From Deltaproteobacteria bacterium (GTDB lineage Bacteria; Myxococcota_A; Polyangia; Polyangiales; Sandaracinaceae): 64,000 nucleotides of DNA. Each line of letters begins with the position of its first letter. The stretch's first letter is position 1. The notes under the pieces were generated by a model. The model was not told the DNA's origin, ran no database searches, and saw nothing but the letters and a program-made list of their open reading frames with translations. The translations under genes were made by a program, and so were the position numbers. Shown here in pieces: positions 27,268 through 35,683 of this stretch. The stretch lies in the NCBI GenBank assembly GCA_046342295.1, contig JBKDQC010000599.1, positions 531 through 64,530 on the forward strand, written 5' to 3'.

Positions 27268-27765
27268 TCAAGGACTGAAGCCCACCCGCAGATGGAGAGT
27301 GATGGCACGCGCGATCCACTCCGCGCGCGCGGAGTCGATCACGGTGCGCGAGAGGCGCAGGCGGGTCACGCCGCGCGAGGGCGCCCGCATCCACACCGAG
27401 GCGCGACCGTCTTGCGCGCGGCAGTCGACGAGCACGATCGCGTCGATCGCGCGCTCGGTGCGAACGACACGCACCGCGGCGTCGAGATCCTCCGCGCGCC
27501 AGTCGAGGAACTCGACGCCATCGTCGCGGTGGCCGGCGAGCTGGCGCACGCGGTCGCCTCCCATCCGATGGATCGTCGTGTCCTCGTGCCTCAGCACGCG
27601 CGTGATGTCGCGCATGCAGTCGGGCCTCGCGCTCGCCGGAGACATGTTCACGAGGAGCAGCTCGAGCGGGCGATCGCCCGCGCTCGCCAGGCTCGGTGCG
27701 AGCGCGAGCCCGGACGTGAGCAGACACGCCGCGAAGGCGAGCGCCATCGTCGCGCGGGCCCTCAC
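27268..27765 (-). CDS. hypothetical secreted protein
   Basis: Signal peptide MALAFAACLLTSGLALAPSLASA. GTGA overlap with the upstream gene. Confidence 0.65.
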   Translation of the reverse strand: MRARATMALAFAACLLTSGLALAPSLASAGDRPLELLLVNMSPASARPDCMRDITRVLRHEDTTIHRMGGDRVRQLAGHRDDGVEFLDWRAEDLDAAVRVVRTERAIDAIVLVDCRAQDGRASVWMRAPSRGVTRLRLSRTVIDSARAEWIARAITLHLRVGFSP

Positions 27766-28397
27766 GACGACGCCTCCAGCCGTACGAGCGCGACGAGCCA
27801 GGGCCAGAGCTGCTCGTCAGGTCCGCGCCAGGCGGCCTCGTCTTCGACGCGAAGCTCGAGGTAGGGCTCGCGGTCCGCGCGCCGGAACGCGATCGCGCCG
27901 CCGAAGCCCCTCGTCGCGAGCTGGCCATCGCCGAGCTCGCGGTTCGCAGGAAAGCGGAGGAAGACCACCGTGCCTGCCTCGGCCAGGCTCGGCGGAAGTC
28001 CGGCGCTGGAATCGCCCTCTCCCGCGAAGAAAGCGAGGGCGCAGGCGCGCTCGGCCTCGGTCGCGTCGCGCTGGATCGCGTCGATGCGGCGCATCTGCAT
28101 GCGCTCGACGATCACCTCGAGCAGACGTGTCTCGCTGCGCAGGAGCGGGTCCTCGTGAACCGCGACGATCACCACCTCGTGCGGCGAGGTGTCGACCTCG
28201 GTGGGCGAGGCGTCCGCCTCGTGCAGGTCGGGCGTGCTTGGAGGCTCGGCCTCGTCGGCAACCTCGTCCGTACCTGGTTCCGACGACGCAACGGCGGGAT
28301 CCGCGGGCGCACCGGAGCCTTCGGCGATGGAGGCCGGAGCCTCGGCAGAGCCGCAGCCCGAGAGGCACGCGAAGACGAGCCACGAGACGAGACGCAT
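27762..28397 (-). CDS. lipoprotein, hypothetical
   Basis: Lipobox FACLSGC, an acidic linker, then a globular C-terminal part. Confidence 0.7.
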   Translation of the reverse strand: MRLVSWLVFACLSGCGSAEAPASIAEGSGAPADPAVASSEPGTDEVADEAEPPSTPDLHEADASPTEVDTSPHEVVIVAVHEDPLLRSETRLLEVIVERMQMRRIDAIQRDATEAERACALAFFAGEGDSSAGLPPSLAEAGTVVFLRFPANRELGDGQLATRGFGGAIAFRRADREPYLELRVEDEAAWRGPDEQLWPWLVALVRLEASS

Positions 28398-28510
28398 GGC
28401 GCTGGTCTATCCGCGCCCGGGCGCGCCGCCAGTGACCCCCAGCTCGGCCGAGCCGCAAGCCCGGCCGAGCGACGAGCCCGCGGCATCGCGAGCCCGCCGT
28501 GCGGCGCACG

Positions 28511-29794
28511 TCAGCGAGGCCGCGGCGGGGGCGGGGGCGTGACAGGCGAGGCGAAGCGATCCTTCACGAGCTGCGGCACGTCGATGCCAGTGGCGGCCTT
28601 GATCTGCTCGTGGGTCGCGACGAGCTGCGCAGCCAGGTTGCCGCCGCCGACCGCGCCCTGGTTCAGCACCGTGAGCTTGTCGATCTTCACGTCGTTCATG
28701 CTCTGGAGGACCTGTTGCATCGTGGGGACGAGCTTCTGCATGAGGAGCACGTCGCGGCCCGCCGTGCCGCTCTGCCGGTAGGTGAGCGCGAGGTTCTTGA
28801 GCACGGTCGCCGTCGCGCGGCCCTGCTCGACGATCTTCGCCGCCTCGGCCTTGGCCTGCTGCTCGGCCTGCTGACGCTGTGCCTCCGCAGGCTGGATCAT
28901 GTCGGCCTCGAGCTGGAGCTTCACCTGCTCGATGCGCGCGTCCTGCATCTGAATCTCGGCCTGGGTCTGGGCGATGAGCGCCTGCACCTCGGCCTGCTGC
29001 TCGGCGATCATGGCGCCGCGCTTGGTCTGCGCGTCCATCACGCGCCGCGCGTTGTCGGCGTTGGCGACCTGGATCTGGGCGTTGAGCTTGCCCAGCTCGG
29101 CCTCCATCGTGTTGCGCCACTTCTGCTCGGCCGTCTGTGCCTTGGCCTGAGCCTCGGCGATCTGCGCGTTGCGGCGCACCTCGGCCGAGCGCATGCGGCC
29201 GATCGAGTCGAGGTAGCCGACGTCGTCGGTGACGTTCTGAATCTTGAGCGTGTCGAGGGTCAGACCGAGGTTCGACAGATCGTGCTCGGCCTCCTCGGTG
29301 AGGCGTGTCGCGAACGCCTCCTTGTCCTGATTCACCTGCTCGGGCGTCAGGCTCGAGAGCACGCCGCGGAGGTTGCCCTCGAGCGTCTCGCGGGCGACGT
29401 CCATGATCTCCGCGCGCGACTTGCCGAGGAAGCGCTCGATCGTGTTGTGGATGAGCGGCTCCTCGCCGGGCACCTTGATGTTCGCGATGCCCTGCACGGT
29501 GAGGGGGATGCCGCCCTTGGAGTAGGCCCCTTTGACCTTGAGCTCGATGATCATGTTCGAGAGGTCCATCGAGTCCACCGTCTCGAGCAGCGGGATCCGC
29601 AGGGTGCGGCCGCCCTTCACGATGCGGTAGGCGATCTTCTTGCCCTCCGCGGTGCTCCGCGGCGTCGCGCCCGAAAAGACGAGCACCTCGTTCGGCGGAC
29701 AGACGTAGAGGACGTTCCTGACGAGGATCAGCGCCGCGAGGACGGCCGCCGCCGCGAGGACGAGGAGGATGAACAGGGGGAAGAGGATGGACAT
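28511..29794 (-). CDS. flotillin-like SPFH/band-7 protein
   Basis: An N-terminal TM helix, an SPFH core (VLVFSG...RIPLLETV...GIPLTVQGIANIKV), then a long Q/A/E-rich coiled coil. Confidence 0.9.
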   Translation of the reverse strand: MSILFPLFILLVLAAAAVLAALILVRNVLYVCPPNEVLVFSGATPRSTAEGKKIAYRIVKGGRTLRIPLLETVDSMDLSNMIIELKVKGAYSKGGIPLTVQGIANIKVPGEEPLIHNTIERFLGKSRAEIMDVARETLEGNLRGVLSSLTPEQVNQDKEAFATRLTEEAEHDLSNLGLTLDTLKIQNVTDDVGYLDSIGRMRSAEVRRNAQIAEAQAKAQTAEQKWRNTMEAELGKLNAQIQVANADNARRVMDAQTKRGAMIAEQQAEVQALIAQTQAEIQMQDARIEQVKLQLEADMIQPAEAQRQQAEQQAKAEAAKIVEQGRATATVLKNLALTYRQSGTAGRDVLLMQKLVPTMQQVLQSMNDVKIDKLTVLNQGAVGGGNLAAQLVATHEQIKAATGIDVPQLVKDRFASPVTPPPPPRPR

Positions 29795-31134
29795 CAGCGG
29801 TCTCCTTCCTTCGAGCCGGAGATCAAGGCGGGCACGTCCACGCCCGTCGAGTCGCGCAGCGCGCTCATGACGGCCCCGACCATCTTGGGGTAACTGGCGG
29901 CGTAGCCGGCCACGGAGCTGCCATCGCCGGCGTCGAGCACGTGAACCTCCTTGGGCTCGAGCGAGCCGAGGCTGTTCACGACGGATCCCACGATCTGCTC
30001 GAGGTGCTGGATCACGTAGAGCTCGCGGGCTTGCGGGCCCATGGTGCCCCACGCGTCGGTCATGACCTTGAGCACTTCGTTCACCGCCGCGCCGTTCTCG
30101 GCGGTGGGTGCTGCGAGACCCTTGGCGATGATGCTCTGCGCTTGACGTTGGAACTCGGCGGGGATGACGACCTCGGCGTACAGGCGGCGATTCTCCAGCT
30201 GTCCGCGCATGGCCTGGAGCTCGCGCTCGGCCATCGCGCGTGCGGTCTTGGCGGCGGCCTCGGCCTCGCGCTCGACCGACTGCGCCTGACCTTCGAGCTG
30301 GGCGCGAATCTGTCGCAGCTCGTTCTGCTTGGTCTGGATGGACGTCTGGGAGGTGGCGCGCGCGAGCTCGGCGCGCTGGGTCGCGGTGGCTTGCGCCTGC
30401 TGGATCTCCTGGTTCGCCTGGCTCTCGGCGTTCTCCGCGTCGCGGAGGGCCGCGGCGCTCTTCGGGCGGCCGTTGGAGTCGAGGTCTCCGGTCGAGTCGC
30501 TCACGCTCTGGATCTTCAGGGTGTCGAGCTGCAAGCCAAGGATCTGGAGGTCGTCCTCCGCGGCGTGGATGAGCTTCTCGGCGAACTTGAGGCGGTCTTC
30601 GTTCACCTCTTCCGGCGTGAGCTGCCCGAGCACCTCGCGCAGCGCGCCCTCGAGCGTCTGCTGCGCGACCAGCTCGATCTCCTGCCGGCTCTTGTTGAGG
30701 AAGCGCTCCACCGCGTTGCGGAGGAATTTCTCCTCGGCGTGGATCTTCACGTTCGCGATCGCGTGGATCTCGAGCGGGATGTTGCCGCGCGAGTAGGCGT
30801 TCTGGACGACGACGTCGACGGGGATGACCGTCATGTCGAGGCGGCTGACGATCTCGAGGATCGGGATGCGCACCGCGCGCTGACCGCTCTTGACGATGCG
30901 GTAGCCGAGCTCCTGCCCATCCTCGGTCCGGTAGCGCTGACCGGAGAAGACGAGCGCTTCGTTGGGGCGCGCGATGAAGAGGAACGCGCGCAAGAACTGC
31001 ACGATCGCGAAGAGGCCGATCGCGACGAAGAGCGCGCCCCCGACCACCGACCAGAGCAAGCCCGCGTCGAGCCCGAAGAGCCCGGGCTCGGGCGGTGGGG
31101 CGTTCGCGTATGGATCGTAGTTGTACGTCTGCAT
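29794..31134 (-). CDS. flotillin-like SPFH/band-7 protein (paralogue)
   Basis: Same architecture as its neighbour (ALVFSGQRY...RIPILEIV...NIPLEIHAIANVKI). Its stop shares one nucleotide with the downstream start. Confidence 0.9.
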   Translation of the reverse strand: MQTYNYDPYANAPPPEPGLFGLDAGLLWSVVGGALFVAIGLFAIVQFLRAFLFIARPNEALVFSGQRYRTEDGQELGYRIVKSGQRAVRIPILEIVSRLDMTVIPVDVVVQNAYSRGNIPLEIHAIANVKIHAEEKFLRNAVERFLNKSRQEIELVAQQTLEGALREVLGQLTPEEVNEDRLKFAEKLIHAAEDDLQILGLQLDTLKIQSVSDSTGDLDSNGRPKSAAALRDAENAESQANQEIQQAQATATQRAELARATSQTSIQTKQNELRQIRAQLEGQAQSVEREAEAAAKTARAMAERELQAMRGQLENRRLYAEVVIPAEFQRQAQSIIAKGLAAPTAENGAAVNEVLKVMTDAWGTMGPQARELYVIQHLEQIVGSVVNSLGSLEPKEVHVLDAGDGSSVAGYAASYPKMVGAVMSALRDSTGVDVPALISGSKEGDR

Positions 31135-31267
31135 GTTCCCTCCTGGTGTCTCGTCCGGCGTCTCGAGCGTGCGAGACGTCGATTCCGGTCGAGGGTGATT
31201 CGTTCGTGCGCGAGCGCGGGCTCTCTCCGCCCCCCGATCGCCTGCGATGCCCGGCCCTCGTCGCCGG

Positions 31268-31834
31268 TCAAGGCGCGGAGATGCGCGTCTTGGCAACGCG
31301 CGCGCGCGCTCCGTCCATCTCGACGACGATCACTTCGTCGCGGCTCTCGTAGGTGCCGTCGTCCATGGAGGTGCAGAGGAGATCGATCGTCGAGCCCTTG
31401 ACCTCGAGGCGGATCTTGCCCGTGGCGCCCGGACCGAAGCCCACGAGGAGGCGCCCCGTCTTGCCCACGTAGTCCGCGCTCGAGACCGCGCTGTTCGACG
31501 ACTCGGCCGTCATCGCGCGCACGAGCCAGCTCGCGAAGGAGCCCGCGAAGAGGCCCATGCCCACGGCGCAGAGCGCCGCGATCCACGGGCTCGAGACCAC
31601 ACCGAAGCCATCGAGGATGAGCCCGGTGATGCCGAAGAACGCGGTGAAGAAGGTCCAGAAGCGCGCCGACAGCATCCGGAGCAGCAGGCTCTCGATGCCC
31701 TGCAGGTCGCCGGCGCTGGCGGGCGCGGGCCCCTCGGCGTGCCCCCCGACGTGGTCGCCGTGGCCGCCGAGGAGCAAGCTCGCTCCGAGGAGCAGCCCAC
31801 CCACGATCAGCGCGAAGATGTAGAGGTAGATCAT
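31268..31834 (-). CDS. NfeD-family membrane protein (OB-fold C-terminus)
   Basis: Several TM helices followed by VGKTGRLLVGFGPGATGKIRLEVKGSTIDLL; it precedes the flotillin genes. Confidence 0.85.
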   Translation of the reverse strand: MIYLYIFALIVGGLLLGASLLLGGHGDHVGGHAEGPAPASAGDLQGIESLLLRMLSARFWTFFTAFFGITGLILDGFGVVSSPWIAALCAVGMGLFAGSFASWLVRAMTAESSNSAVSSADYVGKTGRLLVGFGPGATGKIRLEVKGSTIDLLCTSMDDGTYESRDEVIVVEMDGARARVAKTRISAP

Positions 31835-31939
31835 CGCCCTCGCCTCGTACGCGCAACCTAGCGCACTTGTTCCCCGCCATGTGCCCAGCGGGGTGCGCGG
31901 CGGGGTGCACGGACGGGCGCGCCCGGGCCGGGAGACGGG

Positions 31940-32072
31940 CTCAGAGCATGAGTCACTTGGATTGACTCATGCTCTGACGTTTCTTGCCGGAGGGTCTGGC
32001 CGCAGACCCTCCCTCTCGCCGATTCGAGCCCATGGCACCCGCATCGATCCATCCGAGTGCCACGTGCTCTCA
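31940..32072 (-). repeat. multi-hairpin repeat element, full copy A, ending on the stop codon of the adjacent gene
   Basis: Near-identical to 57407..57568. Hairpins at 31942..31976 (14-bp perfect stem, 7-nt loop) and 31989..32012 (10-bp perfect stem). Confidence 0.85.
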
Positions 32073-32606
32073 CTTCGCCTTGTGCCCGCGGGTCCGGCGC
32101 TGGATTTGCTCACCCAGGAACGCGCCGAAGAGCGAGATCATCACGCCCATCGAGCCGCCGACGAGGTAGGCGATGAGCGAGGGCTCGAAGCCGTCGGGCG
32201 TCGACCACTTGAGGTACACGATGGTCGGGATCGTGGCGACGAGCGCGCCGACAGCCGGCTCGAGGAAGGTCTTTCCGGGAGAGACGAGGCCCACCGCGAC
32301 GCCCCCGACGAACCAGACCGCGACCGAGATCGCGAGGCCCGCGAACCCTTGCGGGTCGTAGGTGGGGATGACCAAGGGCAAGAGCCCGATGATCACGCCC
32401 TGGAGCACGAGGTAGATGACGAACGAGATGGCGACCCACAGGATCGAGAAGCCGTCTTGCTGGTTCGCGCGCGCGGCCTCTTCCTCGGCGGTGTACTCGA
32501 CCTGAACTGCCTCGAGGCGGGCGCCGCACGAGACGCAGCGCTCGGTGTTGGGCTCGTTCTTGAAGCCGCAGACGTGGCAGACGATCGGATCCTGGGTGGA
32601 GGCCAT
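32070..32606 (-). CDS. zinc-ribbon membrane protein, hypothetical
   Basis: N-terminal CHVCG...CVSCG zinc ribbon followed by about 4 TM helices. Confidence 0.72.
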   Translation of the reverse strand: MASTQDPIVCHVCGFKNEPNTERCVSCGARLEAVQVEYTAEEEAARANQQDGFSILWVAISFVIYLVLQGVIIGLLPLVIPTYDPQGFAGLAISVAVWFVGGVAVGLVSPGKTFLEPAVGALVATIPTIVYLKWSTPDGFEPSLIAYLVGGSMGVMISLFGAFLGEQIQRRTRGHKAK

Positions 32607-32677
32607 GCGCCGGAGAGTGTCGCCTCCCGGCGCATCCGCCGCAAGAATCGGCTCGGTCTCCTCCCGGTCTCCTCGGC

Positions 32678-33226
32678 TCAGCGCGGAGGCTCGTCCGCGG
32701 CGGGAGCCCCGAGCAGCGCGCGGACCTCGCCGAATCGCTCGTTCGGGATGGTGATCGCCAGGTTGTACTGGGCGATCCGCCAGGCGCTCCCGTCGTGGAC
32801 GAGCACGCCGCTGCCGCGCGCAGGGCCCAGGTTCACGGTCTCGAGGTCCTCGTCGAACCAGGCCGTCGCCGCTCCGGGGCCGAGCACGACCGCTCGACGC
32901 ACGGCGCGCATCCGCCAGCCCCGCCCCTCCGAGAAAGGCCCGTGCGCGTAGGCGCGGAGCTCGTCGCGGCTCCAGCGTTCGGTCGCGTCGGTGCCGAGGA
33001 AGATCGCGTCGTGGGTCATGAGGGCGAAGTAGGCCGCTTCGTCGGACCGAGCCGCCGCGTCGTGCCACGCGTCGAGGACGGCGCACACGGCCGCCTCCGC
33101 GCCGTGATGCGATGCGCTCTCCTCCGCGCGGGTCTCCTCCGCGCGGGTCTCTGGAACATGGACGCCGCCGCAACCGGCGGCGCAGAGGAGAACGCCCAAG
33201 GACGCGCGCGCGTGGATCGTGCTCAT
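32678..33226 (-). CDS. SnoaL/NTF2-like lipoprotein
   Basis: Lipobox LLCAAGC, then VLDAWHDAAARSDEAAYFALMTHDAIFLGTDATERW. ATGA overlap with the upstream regulator. Confidence 0.72.
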   Translation of the reverse strand: MSTIHARASLGVLLCAAGCGGVHVPETRAEETRAEESASHHGAEAAVCAVLDAWHDAAARSDEAAYFALMTHDAIFLGTDATERWSRDELRAYAHGPFSEGRGWRMRAVRRAVVLGPGAATAWFDEDLETVNLGPARGSGVLVHDGSAWRIAQYNLAITIPNERFGEVRALLGAPAADEPPR

Positions 33227-34617
33227 GCGTCGGCGATCCCGAGCTCGTCGAGCTTGTTGTAGAGCGTCCGGCGACTGACGCCGAGCAGGCGCGCCGCGAG
33301 CGTGCGGTTGCCCTTGGCCTTGGCGAGGGCCTCGCGCACCGCGGCGCGCTCGGCGTCCCGGCGCTGCGCCTCGAGGGTGACCGGGTCTCCTACGCACGGT
33401 GGCGGCGCGGCCCGGCTCGGCGCGCGCGACGCCTCGGCAACGCCCGGCCGGGTCGCGAGCTCGCGCTCGACTTCCTCGCGTCCGAGGGCGTCGCCCTCGG
33501 CGAAGACCACGAGCCGCTCGAGGAAATTCTGGAGCTCACGCACGTTGCCGGGCCAGGGCGCGCGCTCGAGCGCCGAGAGCGCGTCGGGCGTCAGCGAGAT
33601 GCCCGGTCGGCCGTTGACCTCGCCGAGCCGTGAGACGAGGCGCGCTGCGAGCACGGGGATGTCGCTCCGGCGGTCCCTCAACGCCGGCATCGCGATGGGC
33701 ACGACGTTGAGGCGATAGAAGAGGTCCTCTCGGAACGTACCGGCCTCGACCATCTGCTCGAGGTTGCGGTGGGTCGCGGCGACGAAGCGCACGTCGGCCT
33801 TCTCGGCGCTCGTGGCGCCGAGGGGTTGGTACTCGCGCTCCTGGAGGAGGCGCAGGAGCTTGACCTGGACCGCCGGTGTCACGTCGCCGATCTCGTCGAG
33901 GAAGAGCGTGCCGCCTCCCGCGAGCTCGACCCGCCCAGGCTTCTTGTGCGTCGCACCGGTGAACGCGCCCTTCTCGTGCCCGAAGAGCTCGGACTCGAGG
34001 AGGTTGTCGGGCAACGCGCCGCAGTGCACCGCGACGAACGGGCCCTTCCGCGGCGAGAGGCGATGAAGCTCCCTCGCGGCCACCTCCTTGCCCGTGCCGC
34101 TCTCGCCGCGAAGGAGCACGGTCGCCATCGTCGGGGCGGCCTTCGCGAGCCGGCCCATCGCGTCGAGCATCGCGGGCGCGCTCCCGACGACCGGACCCTC
34201 CTTGGCGGGTGCGGCCTCGGGCGGCTTGTCCGCGGCGGCCTTGGCGCCGACCAGCGCCTTGCCGATCGTGAAGAGCACCTCATCACGGTCGAAGGGCTTG
34301 GTGAGGAAGTCGGTCGCGCCCGCCTTCATGGCCTCGACCGCGAGCGCGACCGTCCCGTGGGCGGTGAGCAGCACGACCGGCACGTCCTGGTGCTTTCGCT
34401 GCACCTCGGCGAGCAGCTCCATGCCGTCCATGCCGGGCATGCGCACGTCCGACACGACCAGGTCGACACCACCCGAGGCGAGCGCCGCGAGCGCCTCGGG
34501 GCCGGACTGGACGAAGCGCGCCTGGTGACCCGCCTGCGTGACCAGCGCCGCGAGCACCATACCGACGGCGCGATCGTCATCGACGACGAGCACGCGCGCG
34601 CGAGGAGAGACTGCCAT
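33223..34617 (-). CDS. sigma-54-dependent response regulator (NtrC family)
   Basis: REC domain (VVDDD...DLVVSDVRMPGMDG...TKPF), AAA+ domain (GESGTGKE, ESELFGHEKGAFTGA), and a Fis-type HTH. Confidence 0.93.
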   Translation of the reverse strand: MAVSPRARVLVVDDDRAVGMVLAALVTQAGHQARFVQSGPEALAALASGGVDLVVSDVRMPGMDGMELLAEVQRKHQDVPVVLLTAHGTVALAVEAMKAGATDFLTKPFDRDEVLFTIGKALVGAKAAADKPPEAAPAKEGPVVGSAPAMLDAMGRLAKAAPTMATVLLRGESGTGKEVAARELHRLSPRKGPFVAVHCGALPDNLLESELFGHEKGAFTGATHKKPGRVELAGGGTLFLDEIGDVTPAVQVKLLRLLQEREYQPLGATSAEKADVRFVAATHRNLEQMVEAGTFREDLFYRLNVVPIAMPALRDRRSDIPVLAARLVSRLGEVNGRPGISLTPDALSALERAPWPGNVRELQNFLERLVVFAEGDALGREEVERELATRPGVAEASRAPSRAAPPPCVGDPVTLEAQRRDAERAAVREALAKAKGNRTLAARLLGVSRRTLYNKLDELGIADA

Positions 34618-34690
34618 CGAGGATCGAGGGTAAGGGGCCGCGCACGAATAGCCTACCCGTTTCGCCGCCGCGGCATCCCCTCCAGCGCAC

Positions 34691-35584
34691 TCAGCGACGG
34701 CGGCGCGCGGCCGGCGAGCCGGACGGGCGACGGGCGGGCACGGGCGTGGGCCAGGGCGTCTCGAGCGGCGCGAGGCGGGCGGCCGGCGCGCCGGATGCGG
34801 GCAGGATCTGGTCGGGATCGCCGAGGAATTCGAAGTGCATCGTGTCCTGCAGCGTGTCGCGCCCGAGCCAGTAGAAGCCGAAGCGCTCGAATTGCCGGAC
34901 CCAGCACTCGGGCATCTGCATGCGCTCGAAGATCGAGCTCACCTCCTCGGCGCAGAGGGGATGATCGGTCCACGGCGGCACGCAGCCGCAGCACGTGTTC
35001 ACGGTCGGATCGATGTCGATCGCGATGCCGTACACGTGGTTCGAGACTTCGCCGTTGTGGTACGTGTTGCGGTCGCGGATGCCCGAGAGGCGCTGCGCGC
35101 GGTAGGGGCTCGAACCGCACTCGGCCCCGATCGCCTGCTCGACGCACGCGAGCGCGGGATGAATCGAGGCGTTGACGCGCAGCCGGATGCCGAGGAAGCG
35201 CGTGCCCGCTGCATTCTGCAGGGGTGTGCGCGGGTTCCACTCCGGGCGACCGAAGCCCTCGAAGTAGCCGTAGTGCTCGGTCCGGAAGCGAACCGCCTGC
35301 GCCGCGAGCTCGCGGCGGCGCTGGATCTCCTCGCGCGGCATGCGCGCTCGGGTCGCCCAGTTGCCGCGGATGAGGAAGTCGAGCGGGCGCTGCTCGTTGC
35401 ACGCGATCCCGTCGCGGGCCGGGCTCGGCACGACGACCGCATTCTCTTCGACCGCGCTCCCGTCAGCCGCCTCCTGAGCGCGCGCGTCGCGCGACGGCGC
35501 CGACACGAGCGCACCGAGCAGGAAGGCGGCAGCCGCGAGGAGGACCACGGAGAGCGCTCGAGGGGCAGGGGCCGTCTTGGTCAC
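34691..35584 (-). CDS. M15-family (VanY/D-Ala-D-Ala carboxypeptidase-like) metallopeptidase
   Basis: Signal peptide, then SNHVYGIAIDID and DTMHFEF zinc-ligand motifs. Confidence 0.78.
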   Translation of the reverse strand: MTKTAPAPRALSVVLLAAAAFLLGALVSAPSRDARAQEAADGSAVEENAVVVPSPARDGIACNEQRPLDFLIRGNWATRARMPREEIQRRRELAAQAVRFRTEHYGYFEGFGRPEWNPRTPLQNAAGTRFLGIRLRVNASIHPALACVEQAIGAECGSSPYRAQRLSGIRDRNTYHNGEVSNHVYGIAIDIDPTVNTCCGCVPPWTDHPLCAEEVSSIFERMQMPECWVRQFERFGFYWLGRDTLQDTMHFEFLGDPDQILPASGAPAARLAPLETPWPTPVPARRPSGSPAARRRR

Positions 35585-35683
35585 GCCGCGAGGGATAGCC
35601 CGGGCGATCTCGACGCGCCCGCCGTGGTGCGCGGGTACCGGGGGGCGAATCGCACCCGCGCAGCGCGAGGGTGTGGACCGCGG

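Noticed and set aside
27063-27308. The 81-aa ORF inside the AT-rich island upstream of rpoH.
   Set aside because: It spans a terminator hairpin and promoter-like sequence. It has no Shine-Dalgarno sequence, and its composition is atypical and simply mirrors AT-rich non-coding DNA.
32033-32048. TGGCACccgcaTCGAt inside the repeat element (also at about 57529), considered as a sigma-54 promoter.
   Set aside because: The -12 position lacks a GC dinucleotide at the required spacing. The sequence is part of a stem (GGCAC...GTGCC) of the repeat, and no gene lies downstream in that orientation.
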